Source: Cyanidioschyzon merolae (Eukaryota). From it: a stretch of 64,000 nt of DNA. Position 1 is the first letter of the stretch. Every line of letters starts with the position of its first letter. The notes under the pieces are model-generated. The model was not told the origin of the DNA. It did not search any database and worked only from the letters and a program-made list of their open reading frames with translations. The stretch is from NCBI GenBank assembly GCA_000091205.1, contig AP006489.2, one strand, 5' to 3'. Both the position numbers and the translations under genes were made by a program. Positions 53,976 to 64,000 of the stretch are shown here, one piece after another.

Positions 53976-56069
53976 ATGTCTCTAGTGCGTTCTCTAACAG
54001 AGCGCCGCTCCATATGTCTCCAATCTGTTTCGTCTCTTCTGCGCACTGAAGTGACGCCTAGCGAATACACGCAACGAAGGTCACGTGAGTGTGCAGCGCA
54101 CCAGTCATCCACGTTGAACGCTCAAAGGGCGTGCTCACGGCACGCGCCTGCCTGGCAGCTGGTCGCGGGCTTCCAGCAGTCGTGCAGATCGCTTGAGAGG
54201 TCCGCTGAATACGATGCGAAATCACTCAGATATCCAGCGACAGGCACAACAGGACAAATCATGTCCATGCGACAGCGATCTTTTGGGGTGCAGTCACGGA
54301 GCCTGGGAGTGACCGTTGGTCCGGCCTCATCGCTGCCGCTCGAGTCGGAGGAGTCCGGATCTGGCACCAGCAAGCGCTCCAGTGGACCAGCTACTGAGGA
54401 GCGTGCCGCTGTCGCAGCAGCACTCGCATCGAGTGCTTCAGAAGCGAACGAAGTTGCCTCGTCTGCCAAGATATCTGGACTGCTACCACCGCCGCCTTCT
54501 GCTGAAACTCGCTTGGAGTCAGCTCCGCCCCTGAACCTGTTCGACGTGGAGGCGACATACGGCACAACGCCAACGCGTGATCTCATTCGATCGCTTTTTG
54601 TTCTCCGCACCGCTCAAATGGGATGGCTGGTGCGCTACGCACCGACACTTTATCGCTGGACACAGCGCGTGCCATTGTTGCGAGAATCAACAAACCTATT
54701 CATTAAGTACACATTTTTCCGGCATTTCTGTGGCGGCGAGACGCTTTCCGAATGCCGCGAGTACGTTGAAAAATTGCGTGCTCGTGGCGTCGGCTCTATT
54801 CTCGACTATTCGGCAGAGGGCGAAGCGGCGCCAATGAACGCGGCCGCAGTCGGGCGTCGCCGCGGAGATGGTCTGCTCCTGGAGGAATCGGATATCTCTC
54901 CTGATGAGGTACGTTACGACGGCGCCGCAAATGTGCTCATGACGACGGTGCAATGGGCTGGCAACGAGGCCAGACACTGCGACACGATCAGCTGTCTCAA
55001 GGTATCAGCGCTTGCTCGGTTCGAGTTGCTGGAAAGGATCAGCGAGGCATTAGCTATTCGTTTTGGGAATCTGACGACGACCCACGATGGCACGCCATTC
55101 CTGCTATTAGGTCACTTTGATGCAAATGGCCTCGTTCGAGCGATAGCTGACTCTTACGAATTCGACGAGTCGGAAATTGGCATGGCAGGTGCTGTCGGCA
55201 TGGCAGCGTCGGGCTCTGGAGCTGCTGTGGATCACGAGCCCAAGCAGCCGTCGGATTCGATTTTGGACCACGTGTCACTGCATCTTTTCAATGAGTATTT
55301 GTCGCCTGCGGAGCGCCTCGAATTCGCGCGGGTACTCTGTCGCCTCGATGCGGTGTGTTCTGAGGCAAGGCGCTATCGAGTCCCGATGCTGATCGATGCA
55401 GAGCAGTACTCCATTCAGACTGCGATTGATTTCTGTGCGGGACTGATGATGTTGCGACACAATCGCTCGTTTGAGTCCGACCAGGAAACACCAGCAATTA
55501 TGTACTCCACTGTACAGTCGTATCTGAAAGATTCACCGGAACGCCTCAAGGCCTACCGCGAGCTTGCGAGTCGTTTCCGTTTCCGCTACGGTGTCAAGCA
55601 GGTGCGTGGTGCCTACATGGCCTCAGAGCGTCGACGCGCTGCTGCGGCGGGTCGCCCAGACCTATCACCCATCCACGACACGATCGAGGATACACACGCG
55701 AGCTACAATGCTGGACTGAGTGCGCTCATCGACGAGGTGCGGGCTGGCCACGCGGCGGCTCTATTTGCCACGCACAACGTGGAGTCGCTCCAGCGAGCAG
55801 TGGAGCTTGTTGGCTCCGACTCTTTACTGCGCCGAAACGCGGCGTTACGTTTCGCTCAGCTCTACGGGATGGGTGATTCGCTAACTTTCGGCCTTGCCAG
55901 GGCAGGCTTCAGAGCCTGCAAATACGTTCCATTCGGGCGCGTCGATGAGGTGATGCCGTACCTGTTACGACGGCTGGAGGAGAATCACAGCGCGTTGGGA
56001 ACGGCACCACGAGATATCTCGCACTTCTTGGCCGAACTGCGGCGTAGAGACCTCCGTGTGCCTTTATGA
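53976..56069 (+). CDS. PRODH: Proline dehydrogenase (PRODH/PutA-type); an internal start near MSMRQRSF (~54262) is plausible
   Basis: VPMLIDAEQYSIQTAIDFC and YGMGDSLTFGLARAGFRACKYVPFGRVDEVMPYLLRRLEENHS are conserved C-terminal PRODH blocks. VQSYLKDSPERL also fits. 697-aa ORF. Confidence 0.85.
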   Translation: MSLVRSLTERRSICLQSVSSLLRTEVTPSEYTQRRSRECAAHQSSTLNAQRACSRHAPAWQLVAGFQQSCRSLERSAEYDAKSLRYPATGTTGQIMSMRQRSFGVQSRSLGVTVGPASSLPLESEESGSGTSKRSSGPATEERAAVAAALASSASEANEVASSAKISGLLPPPPSAETRLESAPPLNLFDVEATYGTTPTRDLIRSLFVLRTAQMGWLVRYAPTLYRWTQRVPLLRESTNLFIKYTFFRHFCGGETLSECREYVEKLRARGVGSILDYSAEGEAAPMNAAAVGRRRGDGLLLEESDISPDEVRYDGAANVLMTTVQWAGNEARHCDTISCLKVSALARFELLERISEALAIRFGNLTTTHDGTPFLLLGHFDANGLVRAIADSYEFDESEIGMAGAVGMAASGSGAAVDHEPKQPSDSILDHVSLHLFNEYLSPAERLEFARVLCRLDAVCSEARRYRVPMLIDAEQYSIQTAIDFCAGLMMLRHNRSFESDQETPAIMYSTVQSYLKDSPERLKAYRELASRFRFRYGVKQVRGAYMASERRRAAAAGRPDLSPIHDTIEDTHASYNAGLSALIDEVRAGHAAALFATHNVESLQRAVELVGSDSLLRRNAALRFAQLYGMGDSLTFGLARAGFRACKYVPFGRVDEVMPYLLRRLEENHSALGTAPRDISHFLAELRRRDLRVPL

Positions 56070-56643
56070 GCGTGAAAACCGCCAGTGCGAGCAGTACAGC
56101 GTCTTGCTGCGGGTCAGCTGGAGCTTGATTGTGCTCCTTCGTGCACAAAGAGTGCTGCATGGATGAAAGCTCGAAAAGGCCACACAGAGTCCCTGGTACC
56201 TGAGACGTGGAAAACAGCGCAACTGCTCTCTATGACGCGTGTGTTTCATACCGATATCGTGTTTGTACGCGTAAAATCATGATCCGTTATCGAATGAGTC
56301 ATCACCATTCAGTTCCGCAAGCACCGCCAGTGAATGCCATGGGCGAAGCATGCCATCAAATTTGAACGTAGCGGACGCCATCCGCATGCGTATTTAGCCT
56401 TGAATGGCTTCTTGCCACCGGTGCCGCGAGACGTCAGCTTGTGTTGCTGCAAGTGGGCAGTGCGCGCCTTGAAACATCTGGATTTGGGTTGATTAGGTCC
56501 AGGACGTGCGCAGAAGCATGTCGCATAATCAGAGAGCCACCTGCGGCGCCAATTCTCACTAGAACGGATTCTCTCGGTCGTTGGCGGTTCGATGAGTGAG
56601 TCTGGCGCGTTGCTCAATGAGAGTTAAGGTGCTGATGCCCTGG

Positions 56644-58371
56644 TCAACTGGATTTGGCGAGATGGTTGACGAGCGCGAGTCCGAGCGCTCCTGGCGCCCG
56701 GCCGACGAAAACTGTCGAGGGCGGAATGGATTCGGGGACACGTCCGTCGCAGGCTTCCATTGGCTGCTGCGGGTAGACGTGCGCAAGCCTTTCTAGCAGT
56801 TCCAGGGTTGCGAGCCGCCAATACTTGGCGAGCTCGGGACCAGTCTCCCTCCATAAAGGCGCAGTTGTGAGGCGCTGGCTGAACTCTGCCCACTCTTCCG
56901 GGTCGAGATCTTCCAGGCTGCCAATCTCTCGGCCGCTAATGAACGGTTGCTCATCAGTATCTGTAGTACGAAGCGAACCACTTGCGATGGCAAAGTCTGG
57001 CGGACATGCGTGAAAGACCAGTACGACCGGCGCAGGGAGCGAACGCTCTTCGTGTCGAGACGACTCCAGCCGGCCACTGGTAGCCCGCACCGATGAAATC
57101 GCGACAGAGTCCTGAATAGTCTCAATAAAATTACAGAAAGTGTCTAATAGTCGATCGAAGGTAACAAAATCGTCCTGATGAAGTCGAAGCGCATCATCCA
57201 GCGGTGAGGTAACTGGTGTCGATCCCACCGCGGTGATCAGGTCCAGCCCCGATGTGGTTAGATCGATCCTCCCGAGAAGCGTGCAGGCACATGTTCGTGT
57301 CGCAGCTCTGCTTCGCTGGTCTATCTGGATGTCGGTGCATCCTGCGGATGCATCCTGGCGGATGCTGGTCCCTGAAATAGACGTTGGCAATTTCGACAGG
57401 TCCCCTGTCTCAAGGCGCCTAGCTGAGGAAGTAGACTCTATGGCGGCCGTCAATGGTAGCGTTTTTGCGGGCTCGGAAGCCGCATCGAAGCAAACACCCC
57501 GAGGTATGCGGTGTGGATCGCGCTCTTCAGGCACATCAGATACGGAATGCGTCCCCGAATCGCCGTACGGACGCTCGAGTCCTAGCCAGTCATGTTCGCG
57601 GTTGATGACGCGACCAGCACGAATTAGAATTTGTACCATATCACGACTTGCTCCTGGTGGAAAAAAATCGCGGAACGGGAGATGCAGGCGCAGAACTGGT
57701 ACAGGCAGGTGCGACGATGCGACCGGGCACCGTGCAGAGGTCGCAGGTGTTTCCGCTCGAGAGCTCGTCGGCGGTGGCAACGTTCCAGTCTGGGCCCAGG
57801 CTACCGCAGCTGGATATGCCCTGGCTGCTGCAGTCGCTAACTGGAAGGCACAATCTGGGGTATCCCCTACGATATACAGGTCCACAGACAGTGAGTCCCG
57901 CAACCTGTGAGTCTCTACCGGTCGCGTACCATACCCAGACCATTTCTCTTCGATGCGTTGCCGCAGTTCAGGCATGGGGTAGCTACTCTTTAGGCGGTAC
58001 GGTGCCGTCAACCCAATTTGTATTGCAAGGTAGCCTAGAACCTTTTTTACCGTCTTTAGAGACGACTCCAACGGGGGCACCGCGAGGCCAAGCCAGTCGA
58101 GACCTCGCAGCGCTGCCGAGCAGCCATGAAGAGCGTGACGCCTTAGTCGCCTACTAACGTGCACGGCAGCCGTACGAATGCTCTGGAACCTGCCGTCAAC
58201 CACGCGTAGATCTGTCTGGTCAACGGCGGCGGAGTAGAAAGCGCTCGGTAGTGTTGGTTCAGCGAGGGCGTTTCGGCGCACCCACCAGGCGCCCGCAGCG
58301 CACCCGAGCCCCCAAACCACAAGCACGCCCTTCAGGCGCCGAAACCGTGACCCCTGCTGGTACCCATACAT
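56644..58371 (-). CDS. Hypothetical protein with an N-terminal transmembrane helix; no family recognised
   Basis: 575-aa uninterrupted ORF with N-terminal VLVVWGLGCAAGAWWV. The long antisense ORF 57233..57910(+) is most likely a GC artefact. Weak call. Confidence 0.35.
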   Translation of the reverse strand: MYGYQQGSRFRRLKGVLVVWGLGCAAGAWWVRRNALAEPTLPSAFYSAAVDQTDLRVVDGRFQSIRTAAVHVSRRLRRHALHGCSAALRGLDWLGLAVPPLESSLKTVKKVLGYLAIQIGLTAPYRLKSSYPMPELRQRIEEKWSGYGTRPVETHRLRDSLSVDLYIVGDTPDCAFQLATAAARAYPAAVAWAQTGTLPPPTSSRAETPATSARCPVASSHLPVPVLRLHLPFRDFFPPGASRDMVQILIRAGRVINREHDWLGLERPYGDSGTHSVSDVPEERDPHRIPRGVCFDAASEPAKTLPLTAAIESTSSARRLETGDLSKLPTSISGTSIRQDASAGCTDIQIDQRSRAATRTCACTLLGRIDLTTSGLDLITAVGSTPVTSPLDDALRLHQDDFVTFDRLLDTFCNFIETIQDSVAISSVRATSGRLESSRHEERSLPAPVVLVFHACPPDFAIASGSLRTTDTDEQPFISGREIGSLEDLDPEEWAEFSQRLTTAPLWRETGPELAKYWRLATLELLERLAHVYPQQPMEACDGRVPESIPPSTVFVGRAPGALGLALVNHLAKSS

Positions 58372-59436
58372 CGAGGCGCCATGCTCGAGTGCAAACTCTC
58401 AAGTCGCTGTCGTTGGAGCAACAGTGCCAGTTAGGAATAAAATAGTAATAGTGGACACGCGGCGTTATGGCTGCCGTGCATGCGTGCGTTGTCACACTCG
58501 TGTCACACATTTGGACGTTCGATCCATTGTGTGTGCGGGCGCTGTGGGAAAGAGAATCTGCTGCGCTCCAGGCTGTCTATGTGTGTCTATGTGCCTGTGT
58601 AATTGTATGCCCACGCAGAAGGTGTAGAGTATCCTGTGTATGCGGGTGGATTCAGGGGTGCGGCACGCGTTCGTGATGAACGCTGCTGGGCGTTCCGAGA
58701 CGCGTCGATTGCTGATGGTTTCAGAGGCACCGTCTGCGAGGCGATTCTCAATGTTCGTTCAATCGAAATGCGATGAAAATCATAGCTTTAGGTGCAAGCA
58801 CAGATGCAAGTCCTACGGTGGAAGTCTTCAGGTCTGTAACTTGCACACGAACCGTCGTCCTGTACCGACCTGGACCGCTCGATCGCTTCGAATTCTAGCC
58901 GAGGATTCCTGTTCTGTTGCCTTGCTCCGCGTCCTGGGTATCACCGGAGAGATCATCAGAGTACTACCAGTAGCGTTGGGTGTTGAGCGCAAGCAGATGT
59001 GCTCGACACGGGAGCAGTGCACGTGCCCAGGTCGACCTAGTGGGCAGTGAGTAGTGTCCAGAACGGCAATTGGGCATATCGACTGCATAATTGGAGCAGA
59101 AAAGCACACTTCCGGATGTGTGCGTTCGCCACGTACACTAAACGTCTGTTGGAAAATAGATTCCCTGCGATGCGCCCCTTAAAAAAAGGAGCACCGCATC
59201 GCGATCGGCGAACGCGTCTACCGAGCACCTTGTCCTGCCGCTTAAGAACTACGTTTGACGTTTGAAAGGCGTTCTCAAACGCACTGGCGCGTTCTTTGCC
59301 TCTTTGGTTCGGTTGCAGAGCACGGCCCGCGCGGCGCGATCAGCGAACCTGACAGACTGGCGCCAAGCGCTTCGACTTCAAAACCAGGTTCGGCAACCCA
59401 AAAAGCCTTTGCAATCCGTACAAACTCGTTATTTTC

Positions 59437-59640
59437 CTACTTGAGGCGGACGAAAAGCTTCGAGGCTACGCACAAGTCAATGCACCGCCAAAAGTCCAGG
59501 TACTGGCCGGTGCAGTGCGCCTCGCCGGCTGGGTCGTTTTCGATTCGTTTGGTGCAGTCTTCGTACTCTATTAGTTGCCTTATACACTGCGGCCGACATG
59601 ACTCCTCAATCTCGACTTTTGGATCGACCGTCTCTGACAT
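59437..59640 (-). CDS. QCR6: Cytochrome bc1 complex hinge protein (subunit 6 / UQCRH / QCR6)
   Basis: The 67-aa ORF ends …HCTGQYLDFWRCIDLCVASKLFVRLK, matching the hinge-protein C-terminus (…DHCVAHKLFNNLK) with conserved Cys pairs (CRPQC…C…C…C). Confidence 0.7.
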   Translation of the reverse strand: MSETVDPKVEIEESCRPQCIRQLIEYEDCTKRIENDPAGEAHCTGQYLDFWRCIDLCVASKLFVRLK

Positions 59641-59852
59641 TTCCTGCGTGTTCTACGATCAGCGAACGACTTTCGAAAGACAAACGTCGCTGCGGTCGAC
59701 AGTACAGTAGTGGCGAGAAACCCGCCTTGACGAGACGTCTCCAACTGATGTGCAGACGCCTCTGTCTTTTTGGACCGGCCACCTACTACTGCTTCCATTG
59801 TTTTCTCATATAGTTCCACTTTGGCATATTGTCCAACAAAGTTCCCTCGTGT

Positions 59853-60464
59853 CTATTCTGGAGGACTCGTCTCCATCACCGCATATCTTGTTGTATTGAT
59901 AGCGGCATTGTAGTCACGATTCACGAATGCCATATGTTTCTCACCATCATTGGTTGTACATACTAACGCAAGTAGCCCGCGAACTTTTGCCCTCCTTTCC
60001 GTTTGCTCTTCCGTCAGCGGTCTGTACTTTTTTGTATCATCAAGGCTCCGCAGGCACTTTTCCATCTCCACCCTCTGAGGTGTGCATTCCAACTCATGGT
60101 GTGTATACGATGTTCGGAACTCATCCATCGGTATCGTAACGAAATGCCTTGCGCAAGCTTTGTACGTTCTCGTCGTTGATGCTGATGCACACCCTTTTCG
60201 GGTCTTCCAGCGCCATGCTCCGTGTGCTACTACGAGCCCCTGACGTACATCCTCCTTCAGGGCGCACAACTCATTGAAAAAGTTCGCGAACGCACGCCAT
60301 TTCCCCCAGTATAGATTCATACGAAGACGAGCCCACCGGGGCTTTGTATACTCTTTACAGAGCGCATCCAAATAAGCAACGCGAACTTCCATGAATTTCC
60401 GAAAAGATTTAAAGTACGCGCCGCGGCTCGTCGCCTCGCTGATACCTTCCAGGTGATCCTTCAT
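59853..60464 (-). pseudogene. C-terminal part of a TnpB/Fanzor-like (RuvC-III + Zn-finger) nuclease ORF; upstream frames (60714..61142, 61147..61614, same strand) are probably broken N-terminal parts of the same lower-GC element
   Basis: The C-terminus …LVCTTNDGEKHMAFVNRDYNAAINTTRYAV matches the RDxNAAxNI RuvC-III signature of IS605 TnpB/Fanzor/Cas12. Upstream it is preceded by TYKACARHF (YKAE-like), EFRTSYTHHELEC (TS + Cys/His), and a Cys/His cluster (C..C…C…H). In-frame stops occur at 60534, 60588 and 60714. Lower GC than the surroundings. Confidence 0.4.
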
Positions 60465-60713
60465 ACCTACATTCCATGTCTCAATTTTCTTCCTTGCATT
60501 CGTTATCCCAGATTCTCGGCAGCATCTCGATCTTTAGAGCTTTAAAAGACGCATGTCCTTCTGATGTAAGTTGTTGTCGTTACCATCTTACACACGCTTG
60601 GGTACAGCGATGGTTACGATGTTCGTGTTCCCAGCGTCCGCGCAAAACGACAATGTCATTCTCATGCACTTCCTGCATCGCAGGATCCGCCTCCTTCTCA
60701 TCTCCGTGCTTCG

Positions 60714-61614
60714 TCACCGGCGCAGCCGAGGGCGGGACTGGACAATGTTTCTTCGACCCCGATAGTTTACACGCATAGACATGCCATCGGTTTCCATGGT
60801 GCCTGTGAATGCATTATTTCTTGCCCGCATCGAGACGTATGAAATGGAGGGGTAATTTTCATGTTCGTCTCCCGGTTTTCGCAAGTGAACTCTATCTTCC
60901 TTACATCGAACTCCGTACAAAAAATCCCTCATGGTATCTTGAAGAGCTGAGGAGTCCATTGTCACACACTGTAATCTGATGCTCCGTAAGGGAACGACGT
61001 CGAAGCGCTTCCCCATTAGGGCAGCGTTCCGGTTCTCCGACTGTATACTTTCCCACATCCAGCTGCTTTTCGGTCTTGCGTTCGAGTTCTCGTTCCAACA
61101 ACACGAGAAACGGCAGAATGAAGCGATAACATCTTTCTTCATCTTTTTACATATCTGATATTTTGTCTGCTGGGTTGAGCAGCCTCAGAAAAGCACGGTG
61201 CTCTTGAATAGCCGCCGGGATTACAGAAGCTTCATTCCTTCCCCTGCGTAGTATCTTCTTGCCGACAAATTCGATCTCCTCTTCATGCTGGCGACCGTTG
61301 GCGATGCCATTGATGATGGCCCATATACCTTTGCGAGAGACGCTCGGGTACAGCGCAGAGGTGCAGCGTATCATGAAGCGTTCGAGGTTCACAATCACGT
61401 GTTTCTCCAGGTTGGTGAGGTACTTCATGGCCCCAGAGCAGTAAATATCCCCGTCTTCCTTGTATCGATAATTGTTGAACCGGAATTCGGCGTTGGTTTC
61501 GTGGAGGGAATGCACTAGCCCATTTATTGTAGACGTTTCCCCGTGCCAACCATCAGGTGGCGAATAAAGGTCTTGTCGAAGAGTTCTTCCGGAAACTGGT
61601 CTCTTTTGATGCAC
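60714..61614 (-). other. Two further same-strand ORFs (142 aa and 155 aa) of the putative TnpB/Fanzor-like element; no family motif recognised
   Basis: Collinear, same strand, with adjacent ends (61142/61147). The frame shifts between them. GC content is lower than in the flanking genes. Confidence 0.25.
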
Positions 61615-63475
61615 GTAACGTCGTAGTACATCTCCTTGACCATATAAACCAGTGCTAAAGAAGCTTTACGAATACTCCTGGAGTACAAATTGACACAGTT
61701 TCTGATGGCCTCTCACAAATTTTCCTTGTACGGGTTCTTAACATGTTTAAGAAGAGAGGCATTCACGAGCATCTCGTCGTACTGTCGCTTCCTTGCATCG
61801 TTTGACGTAGGGCCTCCTGCCTTTGGTTCTTGGTCCTCTCCCGTTCCTATGAGCTTGGCACTGGTTTTCGATTTTTCTCCCGCAGCCGGCGATACCGGCT
61901 CTCCAGGATCCTCCACTCCCTATTCCACAACTTTCCTTTCTTATTATTTTGAAAATGAACGCATTCTGAATGCTTCTGGCATAAACCGCGAAAAATCAGT
62001 TGGACATACTTACTTGGGGATTGGTACACGGTTGAACTGAAATCTATTCTTTGCTACGACTTTAGTAAATATATTTTACGTTAGCGCAACACGCGAATAC
62101 AAAGGATCGCGTCTCGCTTTAGCTGCGAGATGCAAGTCGTGTCTCATGCCTGCCAGCTATGAAGGTGCGCTTATCGACCGCGCAACAGAAAAAAAAGAAC
62201 AGAAACTAAACACTAACTAGTAACGAAAGATAAATTTCGTTCGAACTTCATGCTAAGCGATAAAAGAAGAAAAGGTTTCCGTATTTTAGAAAGCTTGCCT
62301 TCTAGGAGGAAGGCCACGCGAGCCGCACATGTGTGCGGGGCACGTGCTCTATGCTTCCCAAGTGACAGGTGCTTTAGTGCGATCTGGGCAACTCATCCAC
62401 AACGCAGTTTATTCTTCCGGTAGGAGAGGGTATGCTGCAGGTGAGCGTCGCACTGGTCGAAGATGACTCCCAGTATAAAGCGCCGCGCTGTTACAGGCAG
62501 TAGGTCAGCGTGTCCAGCTTGGAGGCTCCCAGAAGTATAAATAGCCCTGGTTCCGTGTCAAGGGAACCAAGCCTCTTCCGACGCGCTCAGTGGTATGCCG
62601 AAGCTGTTCTGTTTCCGTAGCGCATCCGCATCAGCGATAGAGATGCTACGGCGGGTGCTCATGGCAAGCAAACGGAGCACGATAGAAAGTATGAATCAAC
62701 CAGTACAGCCGAGAGTAAATAAAAACGTTGGAACGTACAGAAATTTTTCACCATGATGGACGCATTCCCGACAGCCAATATCTATCAAGCAATCTGGGAT
62801 ATATGTTGAGTGGAAACGTTCCGTCGAACCAAAGAAAGCATAGCACGTGAGGGAATTCCCTAATGTCTCTGGTATTCGAAGCATCGCCTTGGCAGATGCA
62901 TGTGCGCTCAAATTATCCCGCAGGAGTAAATTCCCTTATACCTCCGCTGCGCTATTCGTCGGCAGGCAGCGATCGTCGTGATCTCGGAGGAAGACTTTGC
63001 GGAGCTCTTAGCGCGAAGTATTTGCGAGGTTACTGGTCCGAAAACTGGGAGCTTTAACTGGTTTCTGAAAAGGATACAGAGCGCTTGTGCTAGTTCCACT
63101 CAACGCTTGGAAGTCTACACGAGACTGAGGTCAGAATCTGTGTAATTGACGGACGATCACTCGTGCAGCTACACCAAAGAGGTTTTTGACTGGATACGCA
63201 CGCTTACGCGAACGTTCCTAGTTGGTGGCGCGATTGGCAGCTTTGCACCGGAGAAAATCTAATCCAAGAAAATGCAAGCTCTTTTCGTTTCTGTTCCGCT
63301 GTACCAGGAAAGACATATTGTTTGCGCGCGCGCTGCAACTCGAGCACCGTTCCCGCTGCGTACGCCTCGTAACGGGTGCTTCGCAGCTGGACATCGTCAC
63401 CACTGCCAGCATCCGCTTCCTTTGGTGGTGCAGCGTTTGCCTGTAGCGCGCCGGCACCACGCGCTGCATCTTCGT

Positions 63476-64000
63476 ATGGGCCCGAAACAGTCGCAGATCG
63501 CCGTGATCACTGGCGCGTCCTCTGGGGTCGGTCTGTATGCAGCTCGCGCTCTGATCAACAAGGGCAACTGGCACATCGTCATGGCATGTCGTGACGTCGA
63601 CCGGGCGGAGCGCGCAGCAAACAGCGTAAACCTTCCAAAAGACGCCTATACAGTGCTGCATTGTGATCTGGCTGATTTCGCCTCTGTGTTGAAGTTTGTG
63701 AGAGAGCTGTCAAGTGTGGCGCGCGTCGACCACCTGGATGCCCTGATCTGCAATGCCGCAATCTGGCATCCGCGGGACAAGAAACCGCGTTTCACGGTGG
63801 ACGGCATCGAGGAAACCATGCAGGTATGCCATCTGAGCCATTTGCTTCTATGTCGGGAGCTGTTGCCGAAGCTGAAAATATCGCGCGGGCGCATTGTGTT
63901 TCTGACGACTCAGACACACTCGCCGAATTCGTTGCCGGGAAAGATTCCCCCGCAGGCTCGTCTCGGTGATTTGTCTGGTCTAGCCGCGGGGCTTGGTCCG
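63476..64000 (+). CDS. POR: Light-dependent protochlorophyllide oxidoreductase (LPOR, SDR family), 5' partial — runs off the window end
   Basis: My translation from the ATG at 63476 is MGPKQSQIAVITGASSGVGLYAARALINKGNWHIVMACRDVDRAERAANSVNLPKDAYTVLHCDLADFASVLKFV…ALICNAAIWHPRDKKPRFTVDGIEETMQVCHLSHLLLCRELLPKLK…LPGKIPPQARLGDLSGLAAGL. It is collinear with LPOR (ITGASSGxGL…WHxxMACRD…PKDSYT…LDL…VCNAAVY…NHLGHFLL…GNxPPKAxLGDLxGLAGG). It is absent from the ORF track because there is no stop codon before the window edge. Confidence 0.85.
   Translation, partial: MGPKQSQIAVITGASSGVGLYAARALINKGNWHIVMACRDVDRAERAANSVNLPKDAYTVLHCDLADFASVLKFVRELSSVARVDHLDALICNAAIWHPRDKKPRFTVDGIEETMQVCHLSHLLLCRELLPKLKISRGRIVFLTTQTHSPNSLPGKIPPQARLGDLSGLAAGLGP

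Noticed and set aside
63218-63661. 147-aa minus-strand ORF overlapping the POR 5' region
   Set aside because: Antisense to a strongly supported LPOR coding sequence starting at 63476.
1-64000. Prokaryotic operon or gene-cluster interpretation (fmt, lpxB, putA-like genes are classically bacterial)
   Set aside because: The genes are interspersed with clearly eukaryotic genes (Rtf1-like, PP2C, Mpv17, mTERF, QCR6, TRAF-ZnF, LINE) and carry N-terminal presequences. No operonic strand organisation or RBS-type spacing is seen. These are nuclear genes of organellar or endosymbiotic ancestry.

Overview
This window reads as nuclear DNA from a GC-rich, intron-poor, photosynthetic eukaryote, not a prokaryote. 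I estimate GC in the mid-to-high 50s % by eye; this was not computed. At the 3' edge there is a partial light-dependent protochlorophyllide oxidoreductase gene that runs off the window. Genes sit on both strands as long single-exon ORFs. Many of the <150-aa ORFs in the supplied track are antisense or GC-driven artefacts. I can support about 17 protein-coding genes, most with mitochondrial, organellar or membrane functions: methionyl-tRNA formyltransferase, an mTERF-family protein, P5C dehydrogenase and proline dehydrogenase (both steps of proline catabolism), a type-II Golgi glycosyltransferase, an Rtf1/Plus3-like protein, a PP2C phosphatase, a P-loop NTPase, an Mpv17/PMP22 protein, a TRAF-type zinc-finger membrane protein, a bacterial-type lipid-A-disaccharide synthase (LpxB), a ferroportin-like transporter, a hypothetical membrane protein, the cytochrome bc1 hinge subunit, and the partial POR. 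The window is also structurally complex. A frameshifted non-LTR (LINE) retrotransposon sits between two ~3.2-kb near-identical direct repeats. Each repeat carries a secreted cysteine-rich protein gene whose mature-peptide region alone has diverged strongly. A pair of ~1.3-kb inverted repeats brackets a 12.4-kb four-gene segment. There are at least six minisatellite arrays, several in promoter-proximal positions. A lower-GC block at ~59.8-61.6 kb holds a broken ORF series whose C-terminus carries a TnpB/Fanzor-type RuvC-III-like motif. All family assignments come from motifs I read directly in the translations. No database search was run.
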